Positions 45,166 through 54,572 of a stretch of DNA of 64,000 bases are shown here, in pieces. The notes beneath the pieces were generated by a model that was given only the letters and a program-made list of their open reading frames with translations, made no database searches and was not told the origin of the DNA. The stretch is from positions 26,317 to 90,316 of IMG/VR virus record IMGVR_UViG_3300025131_000014; one strand, given 5' to 3'. The translations under genes and the position numbers were made by a program. The first letter of the stretch is position 1; each line of letters begins with the position of its first letter. The DNA comes from a virus.

Positions 45166-48100
45166 TTATTTATTTAGAAGATTAAAATAATAGTTAAGTC
45201 TATTAATATCTCTGCTGCTTAATCCTTTTTGTTCTTGTTTCCTTATAGGTCCTCCTTTAGCATGGTCTATATTAGGATCACTCATATCAAAGGTTCCTCT
45301 ATTGCCTATGGTTGATTTAAGTCTATTATCATAAGGAGATACAACTGCATATATATCTTCATATTTAGTGTCCTTAGTTACTGGAATTCTATTTTTATAT
45401 GTTACTTTATTCATACCTGGAACCTCATTTGCATATAAACTATATTTATTATTCCCCCACATAGTAAATATATCTCTGGGAGTAGTCTCATCCATCATAT
45501 CGTCAAATGAATGAGCAATTCTTTTATCAAAAAAAGGTTCAGGTATAGCATATACTCCTTCTCCATACCTGTTCGCTCCTGTTCCAGATAAATTTTTAGA
45601 TTCATCAAAAAAATCAAACTTCTTTTTAGACTGATGAATTACAGGAATAACCTTACCATCTTCTCTTAGTACTTTTGAAAAAGCCAAATTAAAGTTTTTA
45701 CTTTTCTGTTGTACAAATTGTTCAGGAGTTCCTTTGAATTTAGAACCATCAGCATTCTTCATCCATGTACCTCTTTTCTTAGTAATAGCTTCTATATAAT
45801 TATATTCCTTTAATAATTTACCTTCATTGAGTGTTGGTGTTTCTGGATGCCATTTTCCCCAGTCTATGTCTGAAACAAAATCATCCGTTTTATTTAATAA
45901 AGAATTGTATGCTTTTTTTACTCCCTTAGCTCCTGCTTTCAAGGCTGCTCCCCCTACAAAAGGTATTGCTAATCCTGCTGCAGACCATGCTGCATCTTCA
46001 TAATTTCTTTTCTTAAGGTAAAGAGCCGCATTAGTTGCATCGGCAGCCTCTCCAACAACTGGAAGAAAAGATGCCTGATATAAAGCATCATGAATTGTAG
46101 GTATATTTGTATAGTCATCTTTTTGTGTTTCTCCTGCATATTGATCTCTAAATCCTGGGATATATGTATTATCTTGTCTAGCGTAATTAATTTGTGGAGG
46201 ATCTACATCTCCGCTTTGTTGATATCTCCTAACTTCTCCTCCTCTATTTTTTATATGTTTAAATCTTGTTTGTCTTAACCCTTCAAATTCTCGAGCTGCT
46301 TCTCTCGCACTACCTTTTATCCCAACTCCAGGCAGAAGTTTAGAAAGCTCTTTACCTGATAATTTTGATATATCTTCTTTATCTAAAATTTTCAATGCTT
46401 TATTAAGCATTTCAGTGCTTTTGTCATCTAGTCCTACAGGCTCAACTCTTCCTTTTTTTAATTGATGTAAATACTGTTTTATTCCGCTTAAAGTATGTGC
46501 TTTATCAGAGTATATACCTTTTCCTTGTCTTTTCATTGATTCGAGTACAGCTTTTTGAAAAGTACCTGCAACCCCTGTACCTTCTAAAGGAAGAACAGAT
46601 CCTTTTTCGCCTATATGTTTTATAAATAACTTTTGAGCTCTTATTTCTTCTACACTTTTTCCTAATTGCTTGGCAAGTAACTTATACATTTCGTCTTTAG
46701 ATTGTCCTTTTACACCTGCTTTATTATATGGAGCAATAGTTTCCCAAAGTGGATGTTGTTTATGCCTACCTTGTAGTTGGGTAAAAGGAAAGTGTCCTTT
46801 TCTTTTATACCCTACAAAATTTCCCTCAGAGGTCACATGTGGAGAATATGAATGGTCTCCTATATCATGCCATATTTTTGTTTTAGGATTTTGTAGTTGC
46901 ATATATAATTTATTAGCAGGAGCACCTAATCTTCGACTGTTTGTTAATTCATCTGCATTTTGAAAAGGATTTCTTCCATTTACTCTTTCTCCTTTATTAA
47001 TTAAATTCCTTGCTTGTCCTGCTGTTAATAGGTTATCAGCTTCATCAAAAAGTTGCATCCCTTCTCCCATTGCTCTGTTTACATCTTTTATTGATCTTAT
47101 AGGAGCAGGAGATGCAGATACTCTTAGGTTAAATGGTGTCTTGTTTATATTTCGTATTGCATCTGTTTTAAGTAAATCATTTATTTCTTTGGCATTTTGA
47201 CTAATTCCTGGAACATTAGTTAGAGTATTAAAGTCAGGGAGAGACTCACTACCCAAAGCAGCTATAGATTCATCAATGTCTCTACCACCTCGGGTTATAT
47301 AGTTTTGTCCTGGATTATTTCCAAATATATCTTCTGATAGCTGAGCTAAAAGTTCTCTCTCTGCATCACTAGGTGCTCCAAACATATCGTCAGCATCGGC
47401 TGCACTCGATCCCAACCCAGGTGTATAAGAGCTCTCCCTCGCTTGCCATTGTTCCCAAATTTCGTCTTCTAAAGCGTTGCCTTGCTCTTTTGCTATATTG
47501 AAATCATCAATCTCAGCATCTGTTTTTCCTATAGGAATTCCATCAGAATCCATATCTAAATAAGGGTCATAGGGTTTTGTCTGAGGATTTAGAGCATTAG
47601 CTTTGAATTCTGCATCTAGCTCTGCTTGTGTACCTTTTATACGTTCTCTCTGTATAGCATTATAATCTGTTTGATGGGTTGGATCAGCGTCTCTTCCATG
47701 AGGAAGATTACGATGACGAGAGCTATCTTTTATAAAACCAGCTGCCATTTCTTCTCTTAAAGTACGAAGACCAAGTTTTCTCTCCTTTACCACTCTCTTA
47801 ACATCTCTATATAGAGGATTAGTTTCAGGTACTCCCATAGCTATTATGCGTTCCATTCGTTCTTCTGCATTTCTTAGAGACTGTTCAGCAGTACTTATTT
47901 CAGTCAGAAAATCTCTTCTTGGTACATTGCTTGGGCCAGTTACATCTCCTGTAATATTCTTAACATGTGCTTGATTTTGAAGTTGTCCAGCTAGTTTTCG
48001 TCCTTGTGTACTATTCATTAAGCTTTCTGCTCCTTGTTTTGCATACTTTATACTTTTATCTGCTAGCTTACCTGCATCTATTCCAGGTATAGGATTAAGC

Positions 48101-51100
48101 ATTTCTGCTGCAAATCGTGCAGGGCCTGTATTTGCTCCTAGTCCTCCTAATGTTCCTCCTAGCAAAGGAGCTCCTAGTGCAGTTACATAAGGCCAATAAC
48201 TATCTTGATCTCGTGCTTGTTTAGGAGCACCTGCAAGTGCATCTGCCATAGGACCTATAAATGCAGAACCTGGATTAATCCAATTATCTATAAAACTATT
48301 TGGATCATTGGGAAATGCTCTGAATTTACCCGTTATATCTGTTTTAGCCATGTTATCTCTTGACCAATTATCAGGGTTAAATACCCCAAATCCTTGATTC
48401 ATAGGGTTTTCTTCTGCAGCTTGAGTAGTAGTTTTTCTTCTTGCTAATTCTGCAACGTTTTCTCTGCCCCATTGAGCAAAACGTTTATCTGAAGAACTCA
48501 TTCTATCTGCTTCTACTGTAAAAGGAGGAAGAGAATATTTTTGTTCATAAGTATCGTCTCCTACATATCTTGTTTGACCATCTGGAGCAGTCTTGCCAGC
48601 TTCTTGAACCCATTGCTGGTTTATAGGTGGCTCAATATCTCCACTACTTTGATATCTTTTAATCTTTCCTCCTCTTTCAAATGATTTTTCTTCACTGATT
48701 ATTGAAGTTTCTTCATCTCCTATCTGAAGTTTTTTAATAGCACTAACAACTTTATTAGCAAATCTTCCTCTTGTTGCTCCTCCTTGAGCATCTCCAGACG
48801 CTAAAGTATTGTCTCCACTTTGCCAATAGTAATCCAGTTTTTGTGCTTTTGTTAGATTAGGATTATTTCCTATGGTTGTCTTTTTTATTACAGTTCTACC
48901 ATCTTCTTCTCTTACAATATATACTGGTTTTGTTTTTCCTGGATTTAACTTAAAGTATGTTTCATTTAATTTTTCTTGTAAGTTTTCTCTTTTTTCTTTA
49001 GCACTTGTAACTAAATTACCAAATTTTAAATGTGTAGGTATTCTGCTCCAATGACTGGAATAATTGTATTCCCATCTATCTAGATACGCATCAGTACTTA
49101 TTCTTTCTCCCTTTATTCCAGGTGCTCCTTCTACAAGGAAACCTTTATTTCCCCAATTGCCTTGACCACCTCTTATGTATCCTTTTAATTCTTGTTCTAG
49201 ATCAGGTTCCCAAAAAGTTCTTGTTCCTCCACTTAATCCTTTTTGAAATGCTTTTTCTGCTCTTTTTGAAGCTTCAGAAAGGTATAGCATTGTGAGAGCA
49301 GCAGATGCTCCAGGGTCTTGAATATCAAGGTCTTTTCCGTTATGTGTTAGTCTCCATTCTTTATTTAGTTTTTGATAAGCGCTATGAAGTACTTCATCCT
49401 TAATTTCTCCTCCTTTAGCTATTTTACCACTTTGCATCCTATCTCCTTCTTCATGTACTCCCATGATATTACTCATCTTCAATTGAGTAAATCCTTGACT
49501 TTCTCCATATTGATCAAAAATAGGTTGTGATAATATTCCTCCTCCTCCTTCAGTTTCGTTTATACCTAAAGCAACTGCAATATTAGCGAGTTCATTATAC
49601 TCATTATCTTTCATTTTTAAGGTATGAGTAAGTAATGCTTTTTCTTCGCCAAGGTGACCAACAAAAGCTTCTGTACTGTCTATATCTATATCTACAATTC
49701 TTCCTAAGTCTCCATTTGCAAGTGAATCACTTAGTTGTTCAACATAGCCAGTATCATAACTTGTTTTTAAATCTTGAGCAAGTCCTTTTTTACTTAGGTT
49801 AGCAAAAGTAGCATTTTGGGCTCCTTTTGGTACTGTAATTCCTACAAGATCATAATTATCTGTATTATATACTACTTCATTAAAATCTCTATAGGGCATA
49901 GTTTGTTGGAAAATTCTATCTTCTTCATTTCCATCTTCGTCAATAATATTAGGTCTAGTAATTTGATCATGCATAAAATGATCATATAGTATAGGAATTC
50001 CATCTTCAGTAAATCCTGCTACTACCATACTATGACCTGCTCTTCCCATTCCTGGAATCATTTTTGCATTAAAATTATCATCACTATTTATATTCTCATT
50101 ATGTCCAAATCCTAGTACTGTTCCAACAGGCATATTGGCAAATAGTTTTTTTACTTTTTTTGGATATCTCCATGAACCATCAGTATTTCTTTGAAGTGTA
50201 TTATCTACATTTGCATTATATATGTTTTTTCCTCCTTGAGTTACAAGTGCTCCATGTATTTGCCAGCTATCTGCTGAAACTCCTTTATAAGGTACATTTA
50301 TTTTAAGCTTTCCAGTTTCTCTGTCTAGCGAAAAATTATCTGGCCCAATACCTGTATATTCATAATCTTTAAATAATGCTACTGCATCTTTAGTTGCCTC
50401 ATTTGTAAGTTCGTCCCATTCTTTTTCAAATAGTTTCTCACGTTCCCTTTCTGCTTTCCATATTTTATTTTCTTGCGCTTTTCCCTTTTTATAAAATTCT
50501 TTTTCCTCGTTTGTATAAAGATTTTCTCCATCTAAACCTTTTTCGTTAAGAAATGTATAAGGATCCGTTCCATATCCTGGAGAATTTTTGTTGACCTTTG
50601 TGTACATCTCCTCCCTAGCTTGCTCCCAAACTTCAAATGCAGTTGCATTTTCTATAGTATCAGGAGGAGGTGGATTTTCTTGCATCCATTTGCGCATTAT
50701 CTCCCTTTTAGTATCATAATACCTCTGTTGTATATCATTAATAGTAGGAATTCCTTGTTCTTTTGGTTCAGTTATATAATCGTTTTTCCAAATAGCATAT
50801 TTTTTATCGTACTCTACTTCAGCAAGTCGATTTTGTTCACTTAGCGCTAATACTTTTTCTTTAAGTATTGAATCATAGTTATAATTTTTAAATCTTGCTT
50901 CTAGTTGATCTTGTTTAGCAGAGTATAGTCCTTCTTTTAAACCATAAGAATTTTTTAATCCTATGTTAGGATTGTTTCTTACTAGTCTATCATATGCTTT
51001 AAAAGAACTTTCTAAACATGCTCCGTCTGGACACATTTCTGTACGTAACTCTTCATCACCTGCATAATCCATATAGAATTTTTCAAGATCAGTCACAACA

Positions 51101-52176
51101 GGATCATTAAAATTTAACTGGTCTTTTAGTCTTTCATTGTCTTTAAAAAAAGATTCTCTTTCGGCTTTATTTAAGTATTTCCATTTTCCTGATAAAGCAT
51201 TAAAGTTTAGATAGTGCTTTATATCCTCTGTTTTGTCTTTATCTGTTTCACTCATTCTCTCTCTCCAGTCCCTCCTACGACCTGGTTTGCCTCTAAAATT
51301 ATATTTGTTTACTAATTCTTCAAGTTCTAAAGCTGAAAAATCACCAAATCTCATTTCCTGTTTTCTTTTCTCTACTTCTTCATCAGTTAGTGGAAAATTT
51401 GGTAAATCTGTAGGTATTGGACCACCAGTAGTAGTTATATTTTGTTTTAGGGCTATAATATTGGGATTAGTAGCTAGATTTAGATTATCTGATTGACTTC
51501 TGGTAATTGGAGCTTGTCCATATCCTGATCCATATAGTGAGCTATCAGGAGGATCAACATCTCCTACAACATCAGATTGTTGATATTTAGGTACTCCTCC
51601 TCCTGCAATGAATCCAAAGTATCTTTTTTGTTTTTGAGTTAGCCTTTTTCCATATACTTTACCGTGCCTTAAGATCTTTTTTGCTTTTTGAGATGAAACG
51701 GGTCCTCCTCTTTTATACTCATCAGGGTATACTTCTATCATATCAAGTAAATTGCCTTGATATACAGGATACTCTCCACTACCTTGCTGGTCAAAATATT
51801 CCTGAGTTCTTTCAGCATGTAGATCTGTATCTTTAGAATGAACAAATCGTTTACCATCCCATTTCCCTCCATATATATTACTTCCTCCTTTTTGAAATGA
51901 ATATTGAGACTCTTCAGAAAAAGTTGGATGTCCAGGCACTTTAAATTTATCTGTGAAGTGATCTCCTTGCTCTAGGATCTCTGTTGGATTTTCTTGCCAG
52001 TATCCACGATAATCGTAGTAATGTAATGGGTCATCAGGATTAGGAGCAATCTGTAAAGTATTTGCAGTATTACTATACCATACTTTAAATTTTGCTTCAT
52101 CTATTGGTGATAGCTCTGTTTTAAAAGAAAGTTCTTCAGGATTTTCCTGCCTTATCTGTGGTTTTGTATGAATCAC
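45166..52176 (-). CDS. Large multidomain (polyvalent-type) virion protein (2336 aa)
   Basis: Motifs for a papain-like peptidase (GACLES...GHSMVVAG...YDH), a lysozyme-like domain (INETEGG...SQGFTQLK...DPGASAALTMLYL), a GNAT-like segment, a pre-toxin-TG-like segment and an ART-PolyVal-like C-terminus. Confidence 0.8.
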   Translation of the reverse strand: MIHTKPQIRQENPEELSFKTELSPIDEAKFKVWYSNTANTLQIAPNPDDPLHYYDYRGYWQENPTEILEQGDHFTDKFKVPGHPTFSEESQYSFQKGGSNIYGGKWDGKRFVHSKDTDLHAERTQEYFDQQGSGEYPVYQGNLLDMIEVYPDEYKRGGPVSSQKAKKILRHGKVYGKRLTQKQKRYFGFIAGGGVPKYQQSDVVGDVDPPDSSLYGSGYGQAPITRSQSDNLNLATNPNIIALKQNITTTGGPIPTDLPNFPLTDEEVEKRKQEMRFGDFSALELEELVNKYNFRGKPGRRRDWRERMSETDKDKTEDIKHYLNFNALSGKWKYLNKAERESFFKDNERLKDQLNFNDPVVTDLEKFYMDYAGDEELRTEMCPDGACLESSFKAYDRLVRNNPNIGLKNSYGLKEGLYSAKQDQLEARFKNYNYDSILKEKVLALSEQNRLAEVEYDKKYAIWKNDYITEPKEQGIPTINDIQQRYYDTKREIMRKWMQENPPPPDTIENATAFEVWEQAREEMYTKVNKNSPGYGTDPYTFLNEKGLDGENLYTNEEKEFYKKGKAQENKIWKAEREREKLFEKEWDELTNEATKDAVALFKDYEYTGIGPDNFSLDRETGKLKINVPYKGVSADSWQIHGALVTQGGKNIYNANVDNTLQRNTDGSWRYPKKVKKLFANMPVGTVLGFGHNENINSDDNFNAKMIPGMGRAGHSMVVAGFTEDGIPILYDHFMHDQITRPNIIDEDGNEEDRIFQQTMPYRDFNEVVYNTDNYDLVGITVPKGAQNATFANLSKKGLAQDLKTSYDTGYVEQLSDSLANGDLGRIVDIDIDSTEAFVGHLGEEKALLTHTLKMKDNEYNELANIAVALGINETEGGGGILSQPIFDQYGESQGFTQLKMSNIMGVHEEGDRMQSGKIAKGGEIKDEVLHSAYQKLNKEWRLTHNGKDLDIQDPGASAALTMLYLSEASKRAEKAFQKGLSGGTRTFWEPDLEQELKGYIRGGQGNWGNKGFLVEGAPGIKGERISTDAYLDRWEYNYSSHWSRIPTHLKFGNLVTSAKEKRENLQEKLNETYFKLNPGKTKPVYIVREEDGRTVIKKTTIGNNPNLTKAQKLDYYWQSGDNTLASGDAQGGATRGRFANKVVSAIKKLQIGDEETSIISEEKSFERGGKIKRYQSSGDIEPPINQQWVQEAGKTAPDGQTRYVGDDTYEQKYSLPPFTVEADRMSSSDKRFAQWGRENVAELARRKTTTQAAEENPMNQGFGVFNPDNWSRDNMAKTDITGKFRAFPNDPNSFIDNWINPGSAFIGPMADALAGAPKQARDQDSYWPYVTALGAPLLGGTLGGLGANTGPARFAAEMLNPIPGIDAGKLADKSIKYAKQGAESLMNSTQGRKLAGQLQNQAHVKNITGDVTGPSNVPRRDFLTEISTAEQSLRNAEERMERIIAMGVPETNPLYRDVKRVVKERKLGLRTLREEMAAGFIKDSSRHRNLPHGRDADPTHQTDYNAIQRERIKGTQAELDAEFKANALNPQTKPYDPYLDMDSDGIPIGKTDAEIDDFNIAKEQGNALEDEIWEQWQARESSYTPGLGSSAADADDMFGAPSDAERELLAQLSEDIFGNNPGQNYITRGGRDIDESIAALGSESLPDFNTLTNVPGISQNAKEINDLLKTDAIRNINKTPFNLRVSASPAPIRSIKDVNRAMGEGMQLFDEADNLLTAGQARNLINKGERVNGRNPFQNADELTNSRRLGAPANKLYMQLQNPKTKIWHDIGDHSYSPHVTSEGNFVGYKRKGHFPFTQLQGRHKQHPLWETIAPYNKAGVKGQSKDEMYKLLAKQLGKSVEEIRAQKLFIKHIGEKGSVLPLEGTGVAGTFQKAVLESMKRQGKGIYSDKAHTLSGIKQYLHQLKKGRVEPVGLDDKSTEMLNKALKILDKEDISKLSGKELSKLLPGVGIKGSAREAAREFEGLRQTRFKHIKNRGGEVRRYQQSGDVDPPQINYARQDNTYIPGFRDQYAGETQKDDYTNIPTIHDALYQASFLPVVGEAADATNAALYLKKRNYEDAAWSAAGLAIPFVGGAALKAGAKGVKKAYNSLLNKTDDFVSDIDWGKWHPETPTLNEGKLLKEYNYIEAITKKRGTWMKNADGSKFKGTPEQFVQQKSKNFNLAFSKVLREDGKVIPVIHQSKKKFDFFDESKNLSGTGANRYGEGVYAIPEPFFDKRIAHSFDDMMDETTPRDIFTMWGNNKYSLYANEVPGMNKVTYKNRIPVTKDTKYEDIYAVVSPYDNRLKSTIGNRGTFDMSDPNIDHAKGGPIRKQEQKGLSSRDINRLNYYFNLLNK

Positions 52177-54566
52177 TTTTTATCTTTTTTCTTACTTGCT
52201 TTTACTTTTTCTCTTTCGATTTTTTCTTTACTCGCTATCTCTTTTTCTTTGACTGCAAGTTTTCTTTCTTCTATAGCCGCTTTTTGTGTATTCACTTGTT
52301 TTTCAGTTTCAAGTCTCTGGACTTCAAGATCATCTGGGACTTGATTATTGTTAGCATCGTTGTCTTCTTTAGCAGCTACTTGCATTTCAGCAATTGTAAG
52401 TTTAGTCTGATTTGTAGTATCCACTTTATATTTCTCAAATTCTTGCTCGTCCTGATCTTGAGATAATTGTTTATCTTGCATTTTTTGCTGAGCCTCAAGC
52501 TGTTCGCGTTGTTGTTGAAGTGCTTGTTCTTTTTTCTTTTCTTCAGCTGCTTCCAGAAGTATTTTAATCTCTTCTGGAGATTCAGTTGTGAGCATTTTAA
52601 CAATATCTGAAAGATCTGCCTGTTGATTTTGAAGAGCAGCATGTGTCAATTGTTTTAGAATATCCATAGTTTCCTGATCCCTTGCAGAATCTGATAGGAA
52701 TATACCATAACTTGCTTCTGAGAATTTCTCATCTAAAACGATTGTACTGATTGACATATCATCTAGAACATACTGTATCTTTCTAGGTTCATTTGAATAG
52801 GCAAGTTTAGCTGCTTCAAGTAAACCTGTAAGCACTTCTCTTTTTAAACTGTTATGTGAATGAAACCATTCTTCGGTTATGTGACTTGACTGCACAACTG
52901 CTTGTCTTGCATTCGTAGCTAATTCTGTTGCGCCTATTTGTCCTTCTCTTTGTTTGGTCACACCTGCGACATCGCCCGCACGATTTTCTAGGTATTCAAG
53001 CATTTGAACTTTTTGTTGAATAGTTTGTCCCATTGACAAATCTAAAGTCTGCCATTGATTGAAAGAATTCTGCTGTCCTCGTTTTCCTTCTTCTTGAGGA
53101 TTTACCCAAGCAATTCCCATAGCATCAAAGTAATATAACCACTTATTCATATCTAGTCCCATTGAGCTTGGAACTTGGTTAATATCTGCTAAAAATTTCT
53201 TACCTTTGTCTGAAGCGATATCGAGCTCAAGTCGATACATCATAATGTTATAAAGATATTGATAAGGTTTAATCCTATCAATCATAGATACTGATTCTGC
53301 ATTCAGGTTGTTGTATGAGAGCCCATAGAAACCTAATTTACAAGTTGTCATATCGTCAATGTCACGATGTTGATTTGGTTTGGGCCTCATATTAACATAT
53401 ATCTCATTTCCGATTTTTGATCCTTCCCATATTTCTGGAACCCATTGCCACTCTATACTTATATCTCCTTTTTGTTCATCTTTTCTATACTTATCATTTA
53501 CTATAGTTTCCTGTATTTCTCCTTGAAGATCCATATATTTTAGAAAGCCTATCTTTCTTAAAGACCTCCATTCAACATGTACTACTCTTATATACTTATG
53601 TGAGTCTCCTGTTGTATTAAAATCAAAGTCAATATAGTTATCAAAAATATCATTATTTATAGCTCCCTCCCAAGATAGTGGATCAGCATTAGGATCAGAT
53701 ACATTGTCATCATACATCTCTCCAATCTGCTTAGATGTAAGATATTCACCGAATGTATCGATTACAGAACCAGGGGTCATCCTCATTTCATACTTTGCCC
53801 ATTGCCCATCTTGGATATATTCAATATCAGGATCTTTATCGTATTGAAAATAAAGAGGATTTACTACATTCATCTTTGGTTCTCCATTTACGATACCAAC
53901 CCAATATATTTCTTCTCCAGCTATAAGCGCATGTCTCCATCCTTTATTAAACTTATCTCTTACTGTTTCTTTCTTCATTAAGAAATTAAGTAGGTTTTGT
54001 CCTGTTATTTCTTGATTTGACCTAAACTCTCTTTTCATATATGTTTCAATATCAGAAGGAGTCATCTCTTGTGTTATTTGTTCGACAGCTTGCTGTTGTT
54101 CTTCTGCAGGCATACCTGCTATTTGCATAGACTCTTTTTTAATTTCTTTTTGTATGGCATACTGTATTCTTTCCATCATATACCTTTTCAGCATTTTTTC
54201 TTTTTCTTTCTCTCTGACTGAAACAGCTTCTGGATTAACAGTTGTAACACGAAAGTTAAAGGGTCTCTTTATTTCTTCGCCGAATAATACTCTTAGTTTG
54301 GGACTTGTTATGTCGTAATTTCTCATTTGTGCAGGAAGATCTCCCATATCCTGTCCATAGGGTTTCATTACATATTCAAAATCATCTGGATTAAGTTGAC
54401 CATTAAAAAGATCATAATTAAGCTTTTTACGTATTCGGTCATCACTTCCATTAAAGCTTGTAAATCTATATGCATCTAAAGCATCTATTACATTTTTAGC
54501 CCATTGTTTATCTTTACGATTCTTGGCGGCATCTGTTAGTTTTTGTTGCGGAAAATAGTGTCCCAT
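52173..54566 (-). CDS. Portal protein (797 aa)
   Basis: Directly after TerL; FPQQKL, NYDI..PK...L.GEE.KRP, KPYQYLYNI, GVTKQREGQI motifs of crAss-like portals. Confidence 0.9.
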   Translation of the reverse strand: MGHYFPQQKLTDAAKNRKDKQWAKNVIDALDAYRFTSFNGSDDRIRKKLNYDLFNGQLNPDDFEYVMKPYGQDMGDLPAQMRNYDITSPKLRVLFGEEIKRPFNFRVTTVNPEAVSVREKEKEKMLKRYMMERIQYAIQKEIKKESMQIAGMPAEEQQQAVEQITQEMTPSDIETYMKREFRSNQEITGQNLLNFLMKKETVRDKFNKGWRHALIAGEEIYWVGIVNGEPKMNVVNPLYFQYDKDPDIEYIQDGQWAKYEMRMTPGSVIDTFGEYLTSKQIGEMYDDNVSDPNADPLSWEGAINNDIFDNYIDFDFNTTGDSHKYIRVVHVEWRSLRKIGFLKYMDLQGEIQETIVNDKYRKDEQKGDISIEWQWVPEIWEGSKIGNEIYVNMRPKPNQHRDIDDMTTCKLGFYGLSYNNLNAESVSMIDRIKPYQYLYNIMMYRLELDIASDKGKKFLADINQVPSSMGLDMNKWLYYFDAMGIAWVNPQEEGKRGQQNSFNQWQTLDLSMGQTIQQKVQMLEYLENRAGDVAGVTKQREGQIGATELATNARQAVVQSSHITEEWFHSHNSLKREVLTGLLEAAKLAYSNEPRKIQYVLDDMSISTIVLDEKFSEASYGIFLSDSARDQETMDILKQLTHAALQNQQADLSDIVKMLTTESPEEIKILLEAAEEKKKEQALQQQREQLEAQQKMQDKQLSQDQDEQEFEKYKVDTTNQTKLTIAEMQVAAKEDNDANNNQVPDDLEVQRLETEKQVNTQKAAIEERKLAVKEKEIASKEKIEREKVKASKKKDKK

Positions 54567-54572
54567 AGTTAT

